This document shows positions 1 through 9,602 of a DNA stretch of 20,000 nt, piece by piece. This DNA is from Chiloscyllium plagiosum (lineage: Eukaryota), in the NCBI RefSeq assembly GCF_004010195.1, contig NC_057719.1, positions 37,178,535 through 37,198,534 on the forward strand, written 5' to 3'. A program made the position numbers and the translations under genes. Within the stretch, counting starts at the first letter, position 1. Each line of letters begins with the position of its first letter. The notes under the pieces were generated by a model. The model was not told the origin of the DNA. It did no database searches and saw only the letters and a list, made by a program, of their open reading frames with translations.

Positions 1-714
1 TTTTTGAGTAGGTAACAAGCAAGTTAACAAAGGAGAATCAGTGGATGTGGTTAATTTGGATTTCTGGAAGATCTTTGAAAAGGTCCCGCACAGAGGGCTG
101 CGAAATAAGACTCCATAGTGTCCAGAGCAAGGTACTGGCATAGATGGAGGATTGGCTGACTGGCAGAAGGCAGAGAGTAAGGATAAAGGGGTCTTTCTCA
201 GGACGGTGGCTGGTGATTAGTGGAGTCCCGCAGGGGTCCTTGTTGGGAGCACAATGATTCATGTGATACATTAAGGATCCGGACAAAGAAAGTGAGGGTA
301 TTGTTGCGAAATTGCAGATAATAAATATTAAGTGGAGGGACAGGGCAGGCTGCAGAAGGACTTGGGTGCACCGGGGAGTGCGGGCAAAGAATTGGCAGAT
401 GGAATACAATGTGGGAAAGTGTGAGGTTATCACTTTGGTGGAAAGAGTAGAGGTATTAACTATTTTCTAAATGGGGGAAGGCTGCAGAAATCTGAAATAC
501 AAAGGATCTTGGGAGTTCTAGTTCAGGATTCTCTTAAGGTTAACATGCAGGTTCAGTTAGCAGTTAGGAAGCAAATGCAATGTTAGCATTCATTTCAAGA
601 GGCTGTGAATACAAGAGCAGAGATGTACTGCTGAGGGTGTATAAGGCTCTGCATTTGGAAGATTGTGGGCAGTTTTGGGCCTTTTATCTAAGGAAGGATT
701 TACTGGCTTTAGAG
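1..714 (+). mobile_element. CR1-clade LINE, decayed ORF2 reverse transcriptase region (left part, continues beyond window start)
   Basis: Frameshifted translation gives CR1 RT motifs: KGESVDVVNLDFWKIFEKVPH (consensus VDVVYLDF.KAFDKVPH), GRRQRVRIKGSFSGRWLVISGVPQGSLLGA, KLQIII (decayed KFADDTK), WQMEYNVGKCEVIHFG, and VLLRVYKAL near 625-650. Confidence 0.9.
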
Positions 715-1320
715 AGTCAGAGTCATACAGCATGATCCAACTAGTCTCTGTGGACCAAATTCCCAAACCAAACTAGTCCCACTTGCCTGCATTTGGCCCA
801 TATCCTTGTAAACCTTTCCTATTCATGTACTTATCCAAATGTCTTTTAAATATTGTAACTGTACCTCCATCCATACTTCCTCTAGCAGTTTATTCCACAT
901 ACGGACCAGTCTCTAGGTAAAAAAGTTACTCATGTCCTTTTTAAATCTTTCCTCTCTCACCTGAAAAATATGCACCCTAGTTTGGAGCTCCCCCATCCTA
1001 AGGAAAATACCTTTACTATTCACCTTATCTATGCCCCTCATGATTTTATAAATCTTTATAAAGGTCACCCCTCAACTACCTGCACTCCAGTGAGAAAAGT
1101 CCCAGCCTATTCAAAGTATCTTTATAACTCAGACCCTCCATTCTCAGTCCTAGTCTATCCAGCCTTTCTTTATAGTTCAAACCTTCCATACAAGGCAACA
1201 TTCTGGTCAATCTTCTCTGATCCTTCTTCAATTTAATAATATCCTTCCAGTCCACAGTATTCCAGAAGAGGCCTCACCAATGTCCTGTACAACCTCAACA
1301 TGACATCCAAACTTTTATAC
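711..1320 (-). mobile_element. 5'-truncated CR1-clade LINE 3' end inserted antisense into the LINE above
   Basis: The reverse complement is a CR1 ORF2 C-terminus plus 3'UTR ending in a (GACTCT)-like tail at 711-726. The host LINE sequence 'tactggctt|gagggggtccagagaaggttt' is split around it. Confidence 0.8.
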
Positions 1321-1808
1321 TTGAGGGGGTCCAGAGAAGGTTTATGAGCGTGATCCCAGGAATGAAGAGTTTGTTACACGAAGGGCAGTTGAGGATTCTG
1401 GGTCTGTATTTGATGCAGTTTAGAAGGCTGAGAAAGGATCGGATTGAAACTTACAGAATACTGAAGGGCCTGGATAGAGTGTATATGTTTCTGGTAGGAG
1501 GAAAGACTTGCATTCAAGGGCACAGCCTCACAGTGAAGGGATGGCCTTTTTGAATTGAGATGAGGAGGAATATCTTCAGCCAGAGGTTGGTTAATCTGTG
1601 GAACTCATTGCCACAGTAGGGTGTGGAGTCCAAGTCAGATGAGTATAATTAAGACAGAGATGGATAAGTTCTTGATGAGTCATGTGATCAGGTGAAGAAG
1701 GCAGGAGAATGAGATGGAGAAACATATCAACTGTGATCAAATCTTGGAACAGACTCAATGAGCCGAATGACCTAATTCTGCTCTTATAAATTGCAGTTTT
1801 ATGGTCTA
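1321..1808 (+). mobile_element. CR1-clade LINE 3' end (continuation of 1-714)
   Basis: LEGVQRRFMSVIPGMKSLLHEGQLRILGLYLMQFRRLRKDRIETYRILKGLDRV matches the CR1 ORF2 C-terminus. It is followed by the typical 3'UTR 'gagccgaatgacctaattctgctctt'. Confidence 0.9.
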
Positions 1809-2478
1809 ATTGAATTCTGACCAGTAAGTATAGCAAAAATATGGAGGGTGAAAATATTTTAACTCTCCTGGAATCTAGGTGACTCCCCCAGCTTCAGACT
1901 TAGAGTATATTTATGCTTTTTACACAAGTGCACACTTCAGTTTTATGATACAGTACTTGACATCTACAATGTTTCCAATTCACAAGAATGCTAATGCCAA
2001 CCAATTTGCACTCTCCTCCTGTGCAGTATAATTGTGGTGTTACTTTGGAGTGTCATTCTTGCCAATTGACCCGATGAAAAGCTTCGACAAAGTGTGCTTT
2101 TTGTTTTAAGCGATGCCCAAGTTCTGTAAAATCAAACAACATTTTTTCCAATATTGACAAGGCCCAGTTACTGCTCCTCTCTTAACCAGACAATAGTTAT
2201 GTGGTAAGGGGAAAGCTTTAAAAAGGAAAGAGGCGACACTAAAAATAACAACACTGTGAACAAACAGGCACTTCTTTAAACTACAGTGATTATAATAAAA
2301 TCGTGTCGAGGTTTTATGCCACCTAAATTAGAAAGGGTGAAAATAGGATCATGTGTCTTTCATATGCATACTTAATTTCTAGAGATTGTACAACCAGTTT
2401 AGCCTATATAGTTATACAGTAATTGAATTATAGTCTGTATTGGTCCTCTACGACTAGCACCATAGTGCTGGTAGTAGA

Positions 2479-2816
2479 GGCCGGGTGGCACAGTGGTTAG
2501 CACTGTTGCCTCACAGCGCCAAGGACCTTGGTTCAATTCTAGCCTCAGGTGACAATCTATGTGGAGTTTGCACATTCTCCCCATGTCTGCGTGGGTTTCC
2601 TCCAGTTGCTCTGATGTCCTCCCGCAATCCCAATATGTGCAGATTAGGTGAATTGGCCATGCTAAATTGTTCGTGGTGTTCAGGAATGTGTAGGTTGGGT
2701 GCATTAGTCAGGGGTAAATGTAGGGGAATGGGTCTGGGTAGGTCACTCTTTGGAGGTTTGGTGTGGACTTGTTGGACTGAAGGGCCTTTTCCCACACTTC
2801 AGGGATTCTGTGATTT
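2479..2816 (+). mobile_element. HE1-type V-SINE (tRNA-derived shark SINE)
   Basis: Pol III A box TGGCACAGTGG (2486-2496) and B box GGTTCAATTCT (2530-2540). V-domain 'tgtggagtttgcacattctcccca..tctgcgtgggtttcctcc'. LINE-like 3' tail 'gactgaagggcct...gggattctgtgatt'. Confidence 0.9.
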
Positions 2817-2849
2817 TACCACTCCGATGTCTTCTTACACCACTCTGCA

Positions 2850-3135
2850 TATCTTTGTCTTTGGATGTTTATCCAATTCTCTTTAGAAAGCCACAATGGA
2901 ATTCTGCTCTAGCATCCTCCCAGGCAGTGATTCCATATCATAACTACACATACTGCATTAAAAAAAATTGTATTGCTATCACCTCTAAGTCATTGCTAAT
3001 CTCCTTAAATGTCTGTCCTTGAGTTCTTGTCTGAAAGGGTACAGTTTCTCATCCATTCTTTCTCTGCTCTTCATGATTTTGAGCATTTTTATCAAATATT
3101 CTCTAAATCTTCTCTACTCTAAGGTCAACAACACT
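2850..3135 (-). mobile_element. Old CR1-clade LINE 3' fragment (part 1; continues at 4291-4660)
   Basis: Antisense CR1 3' motifs 'ttatccaattc', 'caggcagtgattcca' and 'ttcatgattttgagcatttttatcaaatattctctaaatcttctctactctaagg'. Heavily decayed. Confidence 0.6.
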
Positions 3136-3139
3136 TGTG

Positions 3140-4290
3140 TTTATTGTGAGCAAAATGGAATAATGAAGGACAGAAGTTTTACTGCAGCTATACATGCCCT
3201 TGGTGAACTCGCAGCTGTGTTCAGTTTTGGTCTATTATTTGAGAAAAGAATATAATTACTTTAGAAGCAGTTAAGAGAATGTTCACTTAATCTATTCTTG
3301 GGATGAAGGCCTTGTCTTACAAGGAAAACTTGAACATACTGGGCCTACATCCTTTGAAGTTTAGAGAAATGAGAGGTAATTTTGCTGAAACATATGATCC
3401 TGAGGTGACCTGAAAGCATGGATATGAATGCAATGATTTCTTTTAATGGGGAGGCTAGAACTAGGAGACATAAGTTAAGAATAAATTGTGTCCTCTTTCA
3501 CATGGAGATGAGGTTTTCTTTCCCTCAAAGAGCTCTTAGTCTGCAGACATTTCTTCAGAAAGTAGTGGAGGCTAGTCATTGAATTCAGTTGAGGCAAAGT
3601 TTTGATCGAAAAGAAAATCAAGGGTTATGGGTGCAAGTAGGAAAGTGGAAATGTCAAGACAATAATCAAATCAGCCACAGTCTTATTGAATAGTGAGTAC
3701 ACAAACAGGAGACTGGAAGAACACATCGTGCCAGGCAGCATCAGGAGGTGGAGAAGTCAATGTTTCGATGTAACTCTTCTTCAGGACTGCCCTTCTTCGG
3801 GACTGGGGGTGGGTGTAAAGAGAGCTGCAGATAAAGGAGGTGGTAGGGGCAGAGTGGTGAAGACAGGTAGAAGGTACGATCTGCTTGGTCAGTGGGAGGA
3901 ATGAATCTAGTAGGTGGCTGGGAGCAGTGGAAGGTGGGGGTGGGGCTAGGAAGTGAGTCAGGGGGTAAGAAAGGTTATTTGAAATTGGAGAATTCAGTGT
4001 AGAGTGCTCTGGCTTGTAGGCTGCCCAGGCGGAAGATGAGGTGTTCCTCCAATTTGTGGTTTGGTTCATTGTGGCAATGGAGGAGGCCAAGGATGGTCAT
4101 GAAGAAGGGTTACACCCAAAACATTGATTTCTCCACCTCCTGATCTTGCCTGGCTTGCTGTGTTCTTCCAGCCTCCTGATTGTCTACTTTGGATTCCGGC
4201 CTCTGCAGTTTTTTTGTCTCTAACCTGATTGAATAGTGAGGCAGGTTTGAAGAGCTGAATAGCCTACTGCTGTTCCTAAGCCCTATGTTT
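3140..4290 (+). mobile_element. Decayed CR1-clade LINE 3' end, interrupted by a Penelope-like insertion at 3698-4227
   Basis: EVLLQLYMPL / VQFW / GMKALSYKENLNILGLHPLKFREMRGNFAETY-like remnants. The 3'UTR is split at the duplicated attgaatagtgag and resumes 'gcaggtttgaagagctgaatagcctactgctgttcct'. Confidence 0.8.
3698..4227 (-). mobile_element. Penelope-like retroelement fragment (GIY-YIG endonuclease C-terminus) with inverted pseudo-LTR copies and 13-bp TSD
   Basis: Minus-strand 4100..3975 reads MTILGLLHCHNEPNHKLEEHLIFRLGSLQARALYTEFSNFK*, typical of the PLE ORF end (LEE.HLIFRLG.LQP.GLN). 3700-3785 and 4100-4185 are inverted copies. TSD attgaatagtgag at 3685-3697 and 4228-4240. Confidence 0.85.
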
Positions 4291-4660
4291 CATCCTCATC
4301 TGAACCAAATTTCCACATCCCGGAACCCACCTCATAAATCATTTCACGCGCTCTAAAGCCGTCACATCATTTTTAAGGTGTGATGCCCAGCACTATCAAT
4401 AATAAAGCAGTGTCATCAAAGCTTCATCACAACTTCCTTTTATACTCAATGCCTTGATTTATAATGTCCAGGATCCTGTGTGCTTTATTAACTGCTTCCT
4501 CAAACTGATCTGAGTGATTTATACAAATATACACCTCACTTCACTGTGCCTGAACTTCTTTAGAATTTGTATCCTTTGCATTATCCCACGCCAGTCTTAC
4601 AACAATGTAACACTTCAAATTCAGCTGATTTAATTTCATATGCCATGTATATGCCCTTTA
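4291..4660 (-). mobile_element. Old CR1-clade LINE fragment (part 2 of the 2850-3135 element)
   Basis: Antisense CR1 motifs 'gtgtgatgcccagcacta', 'tatactcaatgcc...aggatcctgtgtgctttattaactgc' and 'tttaatttcatatgccatg' are collinear with where 2850-3135 stops. Confidence 0.6.
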
Positions 4661-5870
4661 TCGTTCCAGTGAGGTATGAATTATTCAAGTCCTTACACAG
4701 AAATGTACGTTGAAAAATCTTTCTAAAACACTGGGTATATTAATCTACAGCTATTTTAATATCCACGATCTGTCATTGGAATTAGTTACTCACCATTTGC
4801 TATGCTGCTGATTTTGCAATCATTTTAAATTATGCGTGTCAAGTTTGGATTATTTTTAGAGTGGCCAGACTGATTGGTGATCATTCATATTTGATTGTTG
4901 AAATGTTGGGGCTACAAGGTTTAGATGCATGGAAACGAATCACACTCCATGATTTTTACAATAGCAGATAAAGCCAAAATTGTGAGCCAATGTTTTCCTT
5001 TTTACTGATGTAAGCTCAGTTTTTAACGTCTGATCAAATAATTCAAAGCATTTTAATTTCTTATCACAGTTCAGATATTTTAGGCTTGGGTCCAGTTAGA
5101 TTGATTGATTGCTTCTGACCTGCCTCCAATGCCTTTACAGCCTTGGTGACCAAAATAGTCTACAATATTCCAGACAAGGTTGTACAAGTGCCTTGTCATC
5201 AGCCTAGGGGTTTGTACACTATCGCTTAATTACACATCAAGAGCTGGTTACCTTCCTACTGGTCTAGTACACTATGTTCTTGGGTTCACAAGTCATGCAT
5301 CAGATCTCACTCCTGTGTTGTGATTTGTAAACTGCTGCCATCTACTTTATGATCCCACCAATATTTCCATTTCCTAGATTTATTGACTTACATTAAAAAA
5401 CATTTGCAGCCAAGAATGACATAATCTATACAGCTACTTCTGGCACAGCCCCTCTTCTCTCTGCTCATAAAGCAAGCCAACTGCCATGTTCCAGTTCATT
5501 ATACTCTTTTGGTCAATGTTTTTACAATTGTAAGAAACAAACCATTATAAAGTCATGCTTCGTATTTAACTTTTGGCATTTTGAGCTTCAGACAGTCCTA
5601 AGTCTCAAATAGATACCTAATTAAATATGGACACACAAAACTAACTAGAGAATTCACATGTCTTTGTTTAAGGATGGATTGACATAAAAAAACTAAAGAA
5701 TTCCCAAAGGCATGACTCTCTCTTTACACATTGACAAAAGTGAACATCGAAAATCAATGTATATATGATAAATGTGTGTTGGTATTATGTCATGTTGGCC
5801 CCTCATTCAAAATAGAAAGACTGCTCCAAACTCTCAGGGTGTCAAACAACAACGTGGGATGATTAGAATC

Positions 5871-6557
5871 AACACTTCCATAAGATGGTAGTGGAGTAGG
5901 GCTTCTGAACCCAAGACTCGTCCACTCTGTCTGCTTTTTGGTTCATTTCTTTTCTTTTTTCTCTTCTCTCATTTATTCTCCTCTGTTGTTTTATTTTACT
6001 GGCGTCTTGGTGAAGAGCTCAGTCATGGTGATGGCATCAGCAGCAGCAAGTAGGCCTAGCGGCGCGGACTCGCAGCATCAAAATCGGAGGTGAGTCTGGT
6101 TCCCAATAGTGGCTGTGTCCAGCACAGATTAATGGAGGCAGCAACCAAGGCGAGTTCAGGCCCAGCTCTAAGCCTGGTGGCAATAGCAACAGCTGTAGTG
6201 GCGAGGCGGGCCTGAAGCGGACTCCTGGCACCGGTGGAGTTGAGTTTGGGCTGGTGCAGTACCAGGTCCAGGAAGGACTCATAATGGCGAGGGCATCGGT
6301 GGAGGGAAGGTGGTGCTGAATAGTGGCAACTTTCATTCCAACAGTGGCAGCGTAGCAAAGAAGACTCATGCCTAGCCACCAGGCCCATGGCCGACAATAG
6401 AGCACTTAACCAGAAGGACTTTTTCATTATTTTTCATTTTTCTGCCTTTTATATTCTATTTTTCTGTGCTTAAAGGTGGCGCTAGAGAGACACACTACAA
6501 CAATTTTCATTATTTTTGTAACAAGATCCATGTGACAATAAATCAATCAAATCAAAT
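5871..6557 (+). mobile_element. Unclassified non-autonomous retroposon with GC/CpG-rich core and AATAAA+(TCAAA)n tail
   Basis: 5' 'acttccataagatggtagtgg', pyrimidine tract 5935-6000, CpG-rich core 6000-6400, and 3' 'catgtgacaataaatcaatcaaatcaaat', a simple-repeat tail of the kind made by non-LTR retrotransposition. Confidence 0.55.
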
Positions 6558-6689
6558 ATCACCCTTTGATTGGAAACATGACTTAGACTTGGCAAGCTAC
6601 ATTATGATGAAGTCTTTTTGTCTGCTTTTAAATGAGCTGGAAATTATTTGTAAGCAGAGAGAATTTCACTGAAAGCCAATGTAATAAAT

Positions 6690-7205
6690 AGTAATAAAAA
6701 TAAAAAGCACCAGAAAACATAGCAAGCCTGATAAGATTTGTGGACTGAGAAATGGAGTTAACATTTCAAGATCAATGATACTTCCTCAGAACTGCAGGGA
6801 GCTGGAAAATTTTGATACTGTTGACAAGGTGGAAGGAGAAGCCAGTAGAATAGATGATGAGGGTTCCTGGAGCAACAAAGGGTGTGCTAGTGGTTGTACA
6901 AGAGAAATGTTGATACAAAAATACACATTAATGATAGGAATGAATAGTAGAAAATACATCAGTTCTGCTGAAGGCAAATCCATGCATGACACCGGAAAGG
7001 GAATGGACAAAAGGATTGCAATCAATATGGACCACAGGTTCATGCTTTAAAGCTGCTGAACTCAATATTGAGTCCTGAAAGCTGTAAAATGCCCAAGTGG
7101 AAAGTGGTGTGCTGATTTTCTGTTTGCATTAGGCTTCACTGGGACTCTGCAACAGGCTTGGGATGAAAATGTCAGCATGGGAGGAAAATGGCATATTGTA
7201 ATGTA
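6690..7205 (-). mobile_element. Old Penelope-like element 3' fragment (GIY-YIG C-terminus plus pseudo-LTR)
   Basis: Minus 7114..7040 = QHTTFHLGILQLSGLNIEFSSFKA*, homologous to the peptide at 3975-4100. Pseudo-LTR motif at 6700-6795. Confidence 0.75.
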
Positions 7206-7464
7206 TCTGTAATATTTTGCTTTCAATAAGCAACAATGCTTGGAATCCTCAAAGTTTTTCCTATTGTGATTCGAATGAGAATCAACCTCATGGACATTTG
7301 ACTGCAGGAAATCTTGAGGCTTACCGAGATTTCATCATTTTAAAGATCTTCACATCAATACAAGTGTCAATTTAATCTATAAAAAACACATGCTTGACAT
7401 GAAAGCTACTGAAACAATTATAAACTGGACCAATATTTATGTTATTATCTGAATAACAGCAATA

Positions 7465-9225
7465 TGCCAGCTGAAGCAGCCATTCCACTCTTTTGCCTGT
7501 TCCAGAATTCGAGATCAGGGATGATCATGCACCTCAAAGCCAATTTCCTGCGCTATCCCCAATTCCCTCAATGTGATTAATATCTATAAACTTATCAATG
7601 TCAGTCTTTAACTTACTTAATGATTCAGCTTCCACATCCTCTGATGCAGAGAATTTCAAAGATTCAATTCAAAGATTTTCCTGAGTGAAGGAAGTACTCT
7701 CACCATGTCCTAAACGGCAAGCTTTTATTCTGAAACTGTGTCCACTGCTTCTATGATCATCCCATACCCCCACCAATGTTACAGCCCCACACCAGGAGAA
7801 ATATCCTTTCGACCTCCACTCTGTCTGGCACTTTAAGAATTTTGTAAGTTTTAACCAGACCAACTTTCAACCTTCAAATTCAATCCAATCTAAACCCAGT
7901 CTCACTTTCTCCTCAAACTCTCTCCATTCTATAAATTAGTCTGGTAAACTTCATTGCACTCCCTCTATAGAAAGTATATTATTTCTTAGGTAAGGGCACC
8001 AAAACCGCACACAATACTCCAGGTACAAGTTCTCTGAGGCTCCATACAATTGCAGCAAGACTACTTCTGCACCCATATCTTCAGATGATAACGGTCAACA
8101 TATCGTTTGCCTTCAAATTGTTTATTACACATTAGTTATGAACAAAGACACGAGGTCTCTTTGGTCAAACATTTCCTAATCTCTATGTAAGCCATATTCT
8201 GCAATTCCATTCCTGTTACATTTGCCCAATCACGGAGCTTGTACAAATCCCCTTGAAGACTCTCAACATCTTGCACACAATTCCTACCTTATTTTGTGCC
8301 ATCTGCAAACTAGGAAGTAATGTATTTGATTCTTGCGGTACCCCACTAGTCACATCCTGCCAATCAGAGAATGATCAATTTCTTCCTACTCCATTTTTCT
8401 TTCTGAAAACCAATTCTCAATCTACAAACACTTTTTATACCTATCTCAGGCTGTAATTTTGTTTATTACCTGATTGGTAATTTGAAAACTTCCAGAAAAT
8501 CAAAATACATGACATCAGCTCATTCCCCCTCATAACAGTCTACAATAAATCCAAACTCAAAAGCTCAAAAATCCATGTTGATACTGCCCAATCAGATAAT
8601 TATATTCTTACTGTCTTATTATCATATCCTTTAAAATAGATTACAGTATTTTTTTGCTGCTACTGACATCAGGCGAATAGATGTGTAGTCTCTTAATTTC
8701 CCTCTCTCCTTTTAATTAATGAAGTTACATTTGCAACCTTCAATCTGTAGGCACCATTCAGGAACCTACAGAATATTGAAGTATGACCAGTGCATTTGTT
8801 ATCTCTACAGTCATCTCTTTTAGCAGGCTTAAATGTAGATCATCAAGTCCTAGGGATTTATTAACTTCCAGTCTCATTAACTTCCCCGATCCTGCTTTTT
8901 ATACTGTTCTGATTTGTCATTCTCACAACGCTCTTGGATCACAATTATTTCTTGGAGATTTCTTGCATTGTCCGCCATGAAGGCAGACACAAAATAATTG
9001 ATTAGTTTTTCTGTCATTCCCTTCCCTAACATAAACTTTCCTATCTCTGCCTACAATGTATCCATATTTACCTTTGTTGACTTTTTTTTTAACATACTTA
9101 TACAAGCTTTTACAGTTCATTTTTATGTTCCTTGCTAGTTTACATTCATAATCTAGTCTCCCTTTTCTTAAATCAGTTTCTTGGTCCTCCATTGCTGAAT
9201 TCTAAAATGTTCCCAATCTTTAAAG
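7465..9225 (-). mobile_element. Decayed, internally deleted CR1-clade LINE (ORF2 linker to 3'UTR)
   Basis: ORF 8923-9192 DLRKGRLDYECKLARNIKMNCKSLYKYVKKK matches the CR1 ORF2 linker. Antisense 'gcggtaccccactagtcacatcctgccaatcaga' = SDWQDVTSGVPQ. 3'UTR motifs at 7470-7700. Confidence 0.85.
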
Positions 9226-9227
9226 TT

Positions 9228-9362
9228 TCCAAAACCAGAACAGTATGGATGCTGGCAATGTAAAATCCACACAGAAAATGCAGGAGAACCTCAGCTGGTC
9301 TGGCAGAATTGGCAGAGAGAGAAACCAAGTTCATGTCTTGAGTCCAATATAACCCTTGCTCA
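9228..9362 (-). mobile_element. Old Penelope pseudo-LTR remnant (target of the younger fold-back insertion)
   Basis: 'ggatgctggcaat...acagaaaatgcaggagaacctcagctggtctggcag...gagagagaaaccaagttcatgtcttgagtcc...acccttgctc' is homologous to 9390-9500 and 6700-6795. Confidence 0.65.
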
Positions 9363-9373
9363 AAAGAAAATTA

Positions 9374-9602
9374 TGAGGAGAAAGTGAGGTCTGCAGATGC
9401 TGGAGATCAGAGCTGAAAATGTGTTGCTGGAAAAGCACAGCAGGTCAGGCAGCATCCAAGGAACAGGAGAATCGACGTTTCGGGCATAAGCCCTTCTTCA
9501 GGAAGGATTCCTGAAGAAGGGCTTATGCCCGAAACGTCGATTCTCCTGTTCCCTGGATGCTGCCTGACCTGCTGCGCTTTTCCAGCAACACATTTTCAGC
9601 TC
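9374..9602. mobile_element. Young palindromic (fold-back) Penelope pseudo-LTR-derived element with TSD
   Basis: Arms 9410-9504 and 9508-9602 are reverse complements (2 mismatches in 95 bp, 3-nt loop GGA). Direct repeat gctcaaaagaaaatta at 9358-9373 and 9599-9614. Confidence 0.9.
9507..9542 (+). ncRNA. Minimal hammerhead-ribozyme-like motif in PLE pseudo-LTR (mirror copy on the minus strand at about 9470-9505)
   Basis: ATTC-CTGAAGA-A-GGGC(TTAT)GCCC-GAAA-CGTC-GATT gives core CUGANGA/GAAA, a 4-bp stem II, a GUC cleavage triplet and palindromic ACGU in place of stem III. PLE terminal repeats are known to carry minimal hammerheads. Activity is not shown. Confidence 0.6.

Noticed and set aside
38..433. 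131-aa minus-strand ORF (and the similar 19689-19916 and 8253-8456 ORFs with PCGTPL-like motifs)
   Set aside because: Antisense frame of the CR1 RT SGVPQG region; not a gene.
2399..3022. Overlapping ORFs of 90-133 aa
   Set aside because: They lie within the HE1 V-SINE and LINE remnants; spurious.
3683..4090. 135-aa Ser/Pro-rich ORF
   Set aside because: Alternative frame over the PLE fragment; the meaningful frame is the GIY-YIG C-terminus at 4100-3975.
6037..6427. Two ORFs of about 122 aa with signal-peptide-like starts
   Set aside because: GC-rich repeat core depleted of stop codons; non-ATG starts and no recognisable domain.
9374..9602. Palindrome as a miRNA precursor or DNA-transposon MITE
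   Set aside because: The arms are homologous to the PLE pseudo-LTRs that adjoin GIY-YIG remnants in this window, and the long TSD fits retrotransposition.
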